A stretch of 63,212 nt of DNA, filler included, from Octopus bimaculoides (Eukaryota): assembly GCF_001194135.2 (NCBI RefSeq). It is 5 parts of 5 records of this genome, joined end to end, with 100 filler letters (N's around TTAATTAATTAA, not from the genome) between each part and the next. Parts side by side here need not be neighbours in the genome. Positions count along the whole stretch, not along the records: positions 51,274 to 53,769 come from NW_026299780.1; positions 53,870 to 60,938 come from NC_068985.1; positions 61,039 to 63,212 come from NC_068982.1; 2 more parts are not named here. One strand, 5' to 3'. The position numbers and the translations under genes were made by a program. This document shows positions 53,078-63,212 of the stretch, piece by piece (the stretch's first letter is position 1; the number at the start of each line of letters is the position of its first letter). A model generated the notes under the pieces. The model saw only the letters and a program-made list of their open reading frames with translations. It was not told the origin of the DNA and ran no database searches.

Positions 53078-53729
53078 GTATGGTGTGTGCATGGGTGAGT
53101 GTTCATATACATATATGTGTGTCTATAGATTCTAATCATGAGCAGTAATTTCGAAAGATATTATTCACAGGAAATATATTCATAACGAACTTTTTCTGAC
53201 ACAAAAATATATATATATATATCTATTATGCGTTTACAATATATGGAAAATACAGCAACACACATACATATATACACTAACACATGCATATATGTATATG
53301 TATATCTAGATCTATATGTATGTATGTTTCAACAGTAACGTTTGCACTGGTTAATATCCCAAAATAAGCATCGGGGACTCACTATAGAACACAGAGCAAA
53401 ATAAATAATTTAAAACTAGTTGAAATGACAGAACATGATAAGGATCCACATCGGTTCCTACAACCGGATTGACAATATACACACATATATATACACATAT
53501 CTACATACATCTATACATTCACGCACACACACATTTATGTATATATATATGCCTGTCGATGTTAAACATGCATCTGCGTTCATATATAAATATATCTGGG
53601 GCAACGAAAACTTATACTTTCCAAGTGCAGTGTTTATAAAAGAAATTCTATCATTTGTGAAAACTTTGTGTAGATTTCTTAATGTTGACTCATCTAATCT
53701 TACATATTTAAATGTTTACCACACACATT

Positions 53730-53769
<40 letters not shown>

Positions 53770-53869
53770 NNNNNNNNNNNNNNNNNNNNNNNNNNNNNNN
53801 NNNNNNNNNNNNNTTAATTAATTAANNNNNNNNNNNNNNNNNNNNNNNNNNNNNNNNNNNNNNNNNNNN

Positions 53870-54176
53870 TTGCAACACAAAATACCTCGAGTCTTTGGTC
53901 CTCACGGCGCAGAACATTGGCAAATTTTTTCTTATCTGCTTCCCCTCTGGCTAAATAAACCTGTCGCCTAGCCTCCCTTCTGGCACATTGGTACAATTCC
54001 CTGCTACCACCATTCTTCCAGTCCTTCCAAGCCTGTTTCTTTTGTCTAATAGCCCTGTCTACCTCCTTGTTCCACCACCACGTTACTCTGGGTCGGGAGG
54101 GGACCTTACACCACCCACAAATCTGGTTGGTGGCTTTCAACAGGTTGTCCCGCAGAAATCTCCAATTGTCTTCCAA
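53870..54176 (-). mobile_element. RTE-clade LINE ORF fragment (EN-RT linker)
   Basis: WRFLRDNLLKATNQICG...TWWWNKEVDRAIRQKKQAWKDW...YQCARREARRQV is typical of the RTE inter-domain region; cut by an N gap. Confidence 0.75.
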
Positions 54177-54815
54177 AAACTATTTACAATACTTTTCTGA
54201 CGTATACATCAAATGCATATCAGAACCAGCATGTATTCACACATTCAAAAACAAGGAATACTGGTGAAACACTCCAATAAAAATAGCAATTCGGTGCAAA
54301 CATAACAGACGGGATACTGTTCTGTGGGATAAGGAACAAAAATTACGCACCTTCGTGGAGGTCAGCTACCCAGTGGATATGAATGTAGAATCAAAAGTCC
54401 AGGAAAAAGAGAACATTTAAGGTGAATTAATGCGGAACTTACAGCTCTTGTATCTTGACTAAATTCTCATTTGTTCCTATCACCATGGGGCACAAGGTTA
54501 TGTACAAACAAATTTATGCAAAAACTTAGAAATATTAGGTCTTTTGAAGAAAGAGCAAAAGAAACTGAAGCGAATTCTCCAAATCCAATCTATTAGCGAT
54601 ATGGTGTAGATTTGTAAGACATTCTAAAGATTCTTCATCAGAGACTCTTTAAGTGAATAGATGCACACACTTGGCAGTGTGCATCAACAGCTCAACCAAC
54701 ACACCAACTCGACTTATTTACAAACACCGGCTGCTCTCTTAACTCAAAAAGTTTTATCGCTTTGTTAGCGACCGGCTTGAACAAATTTGCAATTACATCG
54801 TTACAACAACAAAGG
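54177..54815 (+). mobile_element. Heavily decayed RLE-type (R4-like) C-terminus and 3' UTR
   Basis: W*NTPIKIAIRCKHNRRDTVLWDKEQKLRTFVEVSYPVDMNVESKVQEKENI*GEL... resembles the KHNRPDIV...EVSCP.D.N...K..EK endonuclease motif; multiple stops. Confidence 0.6.
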
Positions 54816-56283
54816 ACAGTAAATTAGAAGACTTCTAGTTTTGGCAATTCCCATCTCAATATCTCACCAAATTCTTACCTGATGTTTAAAAAACTAATAG
54901 TAAATTGTAGAGCAATTCTATCACCTACACTCTCTCTCCTTCATTGTCTATAACAGTCTTCCTTGCTATACCATCTATACTCCCCCACTCTATACTCCCC
55001 CACTCCAGATTGTATAGCAATTCTATCATCTAACAGTTCCCTCTGAGACTGTACAGCAATTCTAACACTTTTATTTCTTCCTTACCAGATTGTATGAGAG
55101 CTATCTTTACTTTCTCTTTCTCAGACTTTAGAGCAATTCGGACTCTCCCAACATTACATGACTATCATCTTTATTTTCTTTCCACTGTCTACATTCTGGG
55201 AGGGAGGAAGTATAGGGTATGTTTATCATCTAGACCAGGGTTTCTCAACGGGAGCCATATGCCCCGCTAGCGGGCCATGAAACATATCTTGGGGACCACA
55301 AAGCTAAGTTTGAAAAATAGGGAGCCACAGGTGGCTACGGCGGGGAGGGGGGGGGCACAAAATTCGGGAATCAAAATTTTAGCATATAGGTATGAGTTTT
55401 TATTTGTAAAAATGCACATTACACACACATACAAACATACATAATAATAATATAGATTTAATCAAAAGATTAAATGTGGTACTTAAAATGTTTGAGGCAC
55501 CAGAATTTGGTAGGGTAAAAACCAAAAACAAAATCAAGAGATTTGGTGAATAAAATTTGAAGTTAAGCAACAAAAATTCAATATATATATATNNNNNNNN
55601 NNNNNNNNNNNNNNNNNNNNNNNNNNNNNNNNNNNNNNNNNNNNNNNNNNNNNNNNNNNNNNNNNNNNNNNNNNNNNNNNNNNNNNNNNNNNNNNNNNNN
55701 NNNNNNNNNNNNNNNNNNNNNNNNNNNNNNNNNNNNNNNNNNNNNNNNNNNNNNNNNNNNNNNNNNNNNNNNNNNNNNNNNNNNNNNNNNNNNNNNNNNN
55801 NNNNNNNNNNNNNNNNNNNNNNNNNNNNNNNNNNNNNNNNNNNNNNNNNNNNNNNNNNNNNNNNNNNNNNNNNNNNNNNNNNNNNNNNNNNNNNNNNNNN
55901 NNNNNNNNNNNNTATATAAAGAAACACGTGTATATGCATTTATAATTATGATGAATCATCCTTATGTACTAATTTTCTATTACACTCAGATATGTACCTA
56001 AAGAACACATGTTAGAATATTAGATTTTGAGTGTTGTTTGTCTGGTTCATAAGATGAACAGCTACATATCATTGCATTGTACCAAATTGCTCCAAAATTT
56101 TAAAGCTGCAAAACATATATACATAATGGACAGTGCAGAAGGTAAGGTCACAGTTATTAATCAAAACTCTACTTCAACATTATTGACGACATGGAAAATC
56201 CATCCAATCAACAATGTCCATTGCTAACTGGTTAACATCCGCACAAGTCGCATTTTTCTTTTTTGCTTTGTCAAATTATACCA

Positions 56284-56325
<42 letters not shown>

Positions 56326-57801
56326 TCTCTCTCTCCCCCTCTCCCTCTCCTTCTCTCCCTCTCTGCTTATCTCATCCTACTTCTGCTCTTGATTCCATAC
56401 TTGTTTGTTTAATTAAATTTTTCTGTGTCGTTAGTGTGCAAGTATCTACTTTTTTTTACTTCATTTTACTTAAGTTTTTATAAGTTACTTTAATTATCAT
56501 AATTNNNNNNNNNNNNNNNNNNNNNNNNNNNNNNNNNNNNNNNNNNNNNNNNNNNNNNNNNNNNNNNNNNNNNNNNNNNNNNNNNNNNNNNNNNNNNNNN
56601 NNNNNNNNNNNNNNNNNNNNNNNNNNNNNNNNNNNNNNNNNNNNNNNNNNNNNNNNNNNNNNNNNNNNNNNNNNNNNNNNNNNNNNNNNNNNNNNNNNNN
56701 NNNNNNNNNNNNNNNNNNNNNNNTATATTGAACTATGTTTAATAGAATATAACAAAATATATTATAAAATCATTTTTCTTTAAAAAAGAAAATACATTTT
56801 CAATACACTTTGCTAACTCTTTTTGGCATTTCGAGTTTGATTCAACAATAAATCAGCCCTATTCTCTCCATGAGTTTACCAGCTCACTTTCTTTAGCTAT
56901 CACTTTTATAATTTAGTTTCTTTTCATCAAATTAATTTTTTTTTTTTCTAGATTATCAACTGAAAAGGGAATGATGAACTTTTGTCTTGTTATTTTTATC
57001 TTTTTATAAGCATAAGTATTAATCTGTTTTTCCTGATTATTATAGCCTTTGATTTAGTTAACTGTGTAATGTATTAACTTTATAAACTTGGTTTTAGATC
57101 TAGTTTTATTCTTGACTAAAAAGGATATATTGGTTTACCTTACTCTGTATTCATCTCTGAGGAAAACGCTTGCAACTAACCTCTTGTTTATTCAACTTTT
57201 TTGAAAATATTTGTTTATTATTTCAAATAAACATGGCAAGTATATCTAAAAAAAGGTGTAGACAATATTCTGTCGAATATCTTGCTAGTGGATTCATTAA
57301 ATCTCCACAAAATTCTACCATGCCTATGTGTCTGCTAGACTTCATTCTCAAATGGAAGTATGCGTCTCTGCAAACTAAAAAAAAAACATCTGGAGACTGC
57401 ACATAAAGATAAGAAAGACAAGCCACTAGATTTCTTCAAAAGGTTACATGATGAGTTTCAAGGAAAGATGACAGTGGATCAAATGTTCACTCAAGAAGCA
57501 GCAAAAGTAGACAAAGGAATGTTGGCTTCTTACAAGTTAGAAACTTAATTGCAAAAGCTGGTAAGCCTCACACTATTGGTGAATCTTTGATCATGCCAAC
57601 AGTGGCTGTAGTGCAGTCATGGATCAGAGTTCACAAGAGGTTATTAGTGTTATTTCTCTCAGTATCATGACGGATTGACGAAATGGCAGCTGATGTTGAA
57701 AGCCAATTAGTTTCAAAACTTAGGGTAAATGAGTTCTCACTTCAGATAGATGAATCAACTCTACCTGATAATTCTGCTTTTTAACAGCATTTGTTAGGTT
57801 T

Positions 57802-58737
57802 TGTACAAAAATGTGATTAGCACTTGCTGAGTGCTTCACAATTCCACACATTGTTCATGAAAGGAAAAAAAGTTAAATGAATATAAGTGCCAGAAGGAAA
57901 TGAGAGACACAACTGGTTTGAGAGATTTTATTTATTTGTTAACTTGTGTGTCTGTGTGAGTGCAACATATAAACATAATAATAGACAGGCCGTCATGTAT
58001 GCTAAGTGTGTATGTACAAACATGGATGTATGTGTGTGCGATAAGTAGAAGAAAGTCCAGACACAAGGATGATAAATACCAGTTCGTAGTCAAGATAGTT
58101 GAAGTGCTGTATCAAGAAGTTGAGGCCGCAATGCAGAGTCGGGGAGAGGCACATGTCGTGAGAGGTCATGGCTTCAATGCTGCTGCCTGTTACTCATTAC
58201 AGAAGGTTGTCGCAGGTTGTATTTGCTGTTAACCATGGTGAAGTAATTCACAAACAGTGTTGAGATAGAACCTGTGCGAGCGTTGCTGGTTGCTGTGCTG
58301 ATGTCGTTAAGAAGATGATTGTGGCGACGAAGATGAAGTATGCTGCTGGACGAAGTGTTCTCCATGTGGCTGCTGTGGTGTCGTGACTGGAACTGGCTGT
58401 GTGCTCTGTGGTCAGTGGTTAGACCTCAGAAGGTCTGGAGCCGAAAGACTGACAAACTGTGACGGTGAAAATCTGGCTTTTTATACCATCCTGTCGGCTC
58501 AAACTGGGGTTCAGAAAGACTGTCTCACGCATCCTTATCTGAAGGCTGCGATTAGTTGGGTTGCATCTTGGTGCGCAATAGAGCAAGAGACAAAATGCGC
58601 CAATACCAACCAATCAGAGTGGTGGACACAACAGGGTCCAAAAGTGCGGCCGAAGGCTAGCTGTATTTAAGTATATATAACAGTATTTAAGTATATATAA
58701 CAGAGAGAGAGAAGTATCCTTTAAGGCGTACGCTACA
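57802..58737 (-). mobile_element. Solo LTR (936 bp), probably Gypsy-type
   Basis: TGTA...TACA termini and a 4-bp TSD gttt (57798-57801, 58738-58741). Removing it restores the transposase frame LTAFVRFLNVNDICQELHF. CCAAT boxes at 58600-58614; minus-strand TATAAAAA (58478-58485) and AATAAA (57927-57936). Confidence 0.88.
58478..58614 (-). promoter_or_regulatory. Putative LTR U3 promoter (two CCAAT boxes plus TATA box)
   Basis: CCAAT at 58600 and 58610 lies ~120 nt upstream of TATAAAAA in the minus orientation. The order is correct relative to the LTR poly(A) signal. Activity is untested. Confidence 0.5.
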
Positions 58738-60572
58738 GTTTCTTAATGTTAATGATATATGTCAAGAATTACATTTTGCTTTGAAATTAATGACTGGCAC
58801 AAAAGGGGAATCCAGCTTCAAAAAACTTGAAGCCTATTTTGAAGAGAACAACTTTCCATTGAAGAACATTGTGGCTTGTACAACAGATGGTGCTGCAGCT
58901 ATGATCGGAAGATATCGGGGATTCAGTGCTTACTTTTAAAAAAAGCTGTTCCTAATGTGCTTTGTGTGCACTGTGTTCTTCATTAACAGTATCTGGTTGC
59001 CAAACACATAGCAGGATGTTTGAATGATGCACTTATAAATGTTATCAAGGCTGTCAATTTAATAAAAAAAAGAATGCACTGTAAGATCACCTATTGAAGC
59101 AATTATGCGAAAATAACGACAAGGAATTTGAATGATTTGTGTTGCATACTTAAGTCAGATGGCTATCCAAGGGTAATTGCCTGCATTGCTTTGTTGCACT
59201 TTGGGACACTGTTATCTCTTTTTGTGTGAAACAGAACTTGGAGAGAAACTTGTTGATGCAAAGAGTGATATTTTTTACTTGTCTAACTCCACTTTGTTTT
59301 CTTGCAAAGAGAAAATTAAAACCTTCAAGGGAAACTAAAGTTATTCTGGTTGAATCTTGGAAGATGGGAATTTGCACAGTTTCCTTCCTTAGCAAGCATA
59401 TCCACTGAGCTGCTTGATGATGACAATAGTTTATATTGATCTTTTGAAGCAGTTACATAATGATATCGAAATTCGCTTCTCTGATATACTCCAAATAATG
59501 GTGCCGCAGTGGTTTGTGAATCCCTTCGTTGTTGATCCATCTGAAGTCGATATTGACATACAAGAAAGCTTCATTGAACTTCAAAATAACACAGCAGCTC
59601 TAGCAAGGTTCAAGTATGGAGGATACCAGAAGCTGTGGATGTATGAAGAGATATCTAAAAAGTACCCATTACTCTGGAAAAATGTTAAGTTGCTTTTACT
59701 CGCTTTTCCCACATCTTATTTAGTTGAGTTAGGTTTCAGTCGGGTGATGTATCTGCTGTCAAAGACTCGAAATCGCTTTGACGTAGAACGAAGAGGAGAT
59801 TTACGCCTCCCACTGACGGCTTTGAAACTAAACATTGACAAGTTGGTAACCCTGCATCAGTTACAGGGATCCCATTGAAATCAAGCAATATAAACTGAAA
59901 TTGTTATATTTTTTGCTTTGTAAATGTAAATAAATTTATTTAAATGAAAGATTTATTCAACTATTTTTTTATTTACAAGTGGGATGGATGTTTGATGCAA
60001 AACTACAACTTTTAATGTTTCTTTCTACTTCTCTAGATGCATTAAGTTGAGGGACAGAGGGGGGATAAAAACTTAAATTAGCATGGGGGCCATAACAATT
60101 TCGCATTGAATTAAAGGGGGCCATGGCCAGAATGAGATTGAGAAACACTGACCTAGACTTCCTCCCTCCCAGGGGACTTAAAACTCTCACAAATACTTCA
60201 GCCCATTCTGGCTGTAGAGCTTCGTTGGCGGATTCCCCCCCCCCCCGACAGACCCCTTGTCTGTCCCCTCTATGTTCCTCCCTTGAGGACAAATAAATGT
60301 CAATTCTCTCATCTAAGCCCGCCATCACACACTTTTAGTATAAACATCAATTCTATATTCTATCATATCTACTTCCCTCAGATTTCAGAGCAACTCAGTC
60401 ATCGTGAATTCCTTCCTCCTAGATTGTAGAGCAATGTTATGGTTTTTACATTAACTGTTCCAAACTCTACTTGCAGATTGTACAGTAATTCTTTCGTCAT
60501 TACTTCCTCCCTCTTAGAATGTAGAGTAAATCTTGGATCTTTTCCCTTTGTGTAGAATTCTTGTGTGTTGAT

Positions 60573-60603
<31 letters not shown>

Positions 60604-60704
60604 GGTTGAATATGGTACTTATGCGTAGGCACCCGAATATCGTATTCCAAAAGGATAGGTGATCAAAAAATCAAAAAATAAGCAACACAGATTTCAAAGG
60701 TGAT

Positions 60705-60793
60705 TGCAGTACGCACGTTTCATGCTACTCCAATTTATTTAAGTAATGCGAGCATTACATTAAATGCAATATGAAGAGCAATCTTCAGCTGCA
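60705..60793 (-). ncRNA. Candidate minimal type I hammerhead ribozyme (Penelope/retrozyme-like context)
   Basis: Minus strand reads ugcag-CUGAAGA-uugcuc...gaguagcau-GAAAC-gugc-GUA-cugca. It has a 5-bp stem I, the conserved core, a short stem III and a GUA cleavage triplet. The stem II closing pair is imperfect. Confidence 0.5.
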
Positions 60794-61456
60794 TGAAAAT
60801 GCAGAAAATTACAGTAGAATAGACATATTATAAATGTGGCAACATTTCAAATCCAAGTGGGAGAGAGAATACATAAAAATCCAAGTGGGAGGAAGAATAC
60901 ATAAATCCATCTTGACATAGCCGAGTCTATCAGGCTAGNNNNNNNNNNNNNNNNNNNNNNNNNNNNNNNNNNNNNNNNNNNNTTAATTAATTAANNNNNN
61001 NNNNNNNNNNNNNNNNNNNNNNNNNNNNNNNNNNNNNNAAGTGTGGTACTTATTCTATCGGTCCGTTTGGCCGAAACGCTAAGTTACGTGGACGTAAACA
61101 CAACATTGGCTGTCAAGTGATGACAGGGGGACAAACACTGACACACAAATACACACACACACACACACACACACACGCACGTACACACACGCACACACAC
61201 ACACACACACATACACACACATATATATATATATATATACGATGGGCTTCTTTCAGTTTCCGTCTACCAAATCTATTCAAAAGGCTTTGGTCGGCCCGAG
61301 GCTATAGTAGAAGACTCTTGCCCAAGGTGCCACGCAGTGGGACTGAACACAGAACCATGTGGTTGAGAAGCAAGTTTCTTACCACACAACCACTCCTGTG
61401 TGTATGTGTGTATGTGTGCGTGTGTATATGTGTGTGTGTGTATGTATGTATGTATG

Positions 61457-61488
<32 letters not shown>

Positions 61489-63212
61489 CACGTATGTGTG
61501 TATGTGTATGTACGAATGCATGTATGTCTGTATATATATATATATGTATGTTCTTTTCTATTTTTAATCTCTGTAAAAGGAGCTGGTTTCTAACAAAGAC
61601 ATAAAACTCCATCATTGGAATGTAGATAACGAAAAGTCGCATTTTGAATCTGAAAAAGTCTTGCATAGTTTTACTGTTCCGCTTATAGGTTGTATTGTAA
61701 AATGCGAGTCAGTTGGTTGGTTTCTTTATCTGAAAATCCAAGCTTATCCAGACTGACAGGCATTTACTTACAAAACCAAGTGCACTAATTATTGGTATAA
61801 AATGAAAATTTGTAATCTAGATGTAGAAGCTGGCGATTTCGATGCAGTTGTCGATTGTGTATATTCTTTCTCTTTGATTTTCTTCCTCAGTTGTACACTT
61901 TGGTGACCTGAAAATCCGTATATTAGAGGGGAACAACATGAAAATTGACCAGGAGTTACAGTATGGTGCAGCTTGTTATTAAAAGGATTAATTACACCAT
62001 TTTTTTTTTATAGTACTGTGTGCTTGGTCCCGTTGAAACTGCTGCGACGATGTCATGCCAAGCATTCAAAATAACTTAGAAGATGTGGAATTTTATTTCT
62101 CACAAGAACCCAACGTTACCATAGGGCCAGCCTTGATGAAATTTTGCCGAACAGGGGAATTGGACAAGAGGTTCATAAAGATAAACACTGCGTTCACTGG
62201 ACTTCCAAACACTAAACATTTTTCTTTTTAATTATTGGGAGACTTAAAAGATAAAATTTACAGTATAATACTGGTAATAGTAAACGAACTGAGGGCAGCC
62301 ATAGAACGCTAATGTGTACAGCGACCGAACGAAATGTTTCTTGATATTTCGATTCTATGGCTTTGCGTTCGGATGTTTAATTTTGAGTGGTAAGATTTTC
62401 ACAACTTTCAAATAAGACTGCTTGTCATCTGCTTGTAAGCGATGCCCATTATCAGTGGGTAATTGAGAAGATGCCAGTAGAAATGGTGGTTAGTAACTAC
62501 TATTTACCGCAACGAGATAACTCCTTTATCTGGATAAGCAGAACTAATCATCCTTGACCAGGTTAAACATTGCAGTATTACCACCGCCAGATAATTGAGG
62601 GAAGTAGCAGAAATTGAAATAATATAGAATGATAGAAATACAGAGCTGCTACGACTTCGAAGTTTCGTCAGCAACAAGTTCACCAGACAGCCTAATGAGC
62701 CAACATCGGCGAAACACTCAGAATCATATTGGTTCTACAAACATTTAGACTCAATACTTCTATGGAATCATTTGGGGTGGGTGAGTGAAGGATGTCATCT
62801 ATCTGGGAATTGGCTGAATTGTTGAAGCAGCGGACAACATGTTTTCTGTTTTTAAACTGCACAGCGACGTCGATAAAATAAAGTTCCAGTCAAATATTAG
62901 GTTCTCTAAAATCAAAGACCTACACCGTCAGTGAAAGGACTCAATACGTAAAAGGGTGTAATATCTTTTTTCCAGCGAAAAGTTAAGAGTAACTTTCGAA
63001 GTTTCGTCAGAGATCGGTGAAACATCAAAGTCGCTGTCAGTATTCTGCGCGCGCGTATGAGTATGTGTATGTGTGTGTGTGTTTGTGTGCCCATGAGTTT
63101 GTGAATAAATATGTACATGTATATATATACATTCATACAAGCGTACATACATACATATGTGTGGGTGTTTAGAAGTATATATATATGTATATATATATAT
63201 ATGTATATATAT

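Larger units (their letters stand above)
57233..59878 (+). pseudogene. hAT transposase (ZBED5/SCAND3-like Buster family), frameshifted and split by an LTR
   Basis: MASISKKRCRQYSVEYL..GF, KPHTIGESLI, FSLQIDEST (D), TTDGAAAM (D), HCVLH (CxxH), RWLS, FPTSYLVELGFS (E), DLRL...QGSH*. Confidence 0.92.
55236..60150 (+). mobile_element. Full-span hAT (Buster/Charlie-type) DNA transposon
   Basis: TIRs cagggtttctcaa (55236) and ttgagaaacactg (60150), 12/13 match. 8-bp TSD atctagac / acctagac with central TA. Subterminal GGG(A/G)CCA repeats at both ends. Transposase pseudogene inside. Confidence 0.92.

Overview
AT-rich, microsatellite- and SINE-dense eukaryotic scaffold with many N gaps. The repeat families look like octopod cephalopod (Octopus) DNA; this is inference. 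The only host gene I can support is a minus-strand neurobeachin-like (NBEAL1/2-type BEACH family) gene. Three phase-compatible N-terminal coding exons are visible (22025-21944, 13705-13587, 9263-9190); the ORF track misses the middle one entirely. The other exons are not identifiable here. The rest is a layered transposon landscape: (i) several R4/Dong-type RLE retroelement fragments and a near full-length decayed Tx1/L1 ORF2, clustered in (AAT)n arrays at 31-38.8 kb and 44.5-46.2 kb; (ii) a 4.9-kb Buster/Charlie-type hAT transposon with TIRs and an 8-bp TSD, whose transposase is interrupted by a 936-bp TG...CA solo LTR with a 4-bp TSD; (iii) an RTE fragment; (iv) TTAA-, TA- and 8-bp-TSD MITEs, including a fold-back element with internal telomeric repeats nested in a SINE; (v) at least four SINE-like families. 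The most unusual observations are a candidate minimal type I hammerhead ribozyme (60705-60793, minus strand), a frame-preserving 12-nt microexon candidate in the NBEAL gene, two R4 fragments fused to the same 3' terminal module, several fold-back palindromes, and a 1.8-kb degenerate 27-bp minisatellite. Most ORF-track entries are microsatellite or N-gap artefacts. No database searches were run; family assignments rest on recalled motifs.
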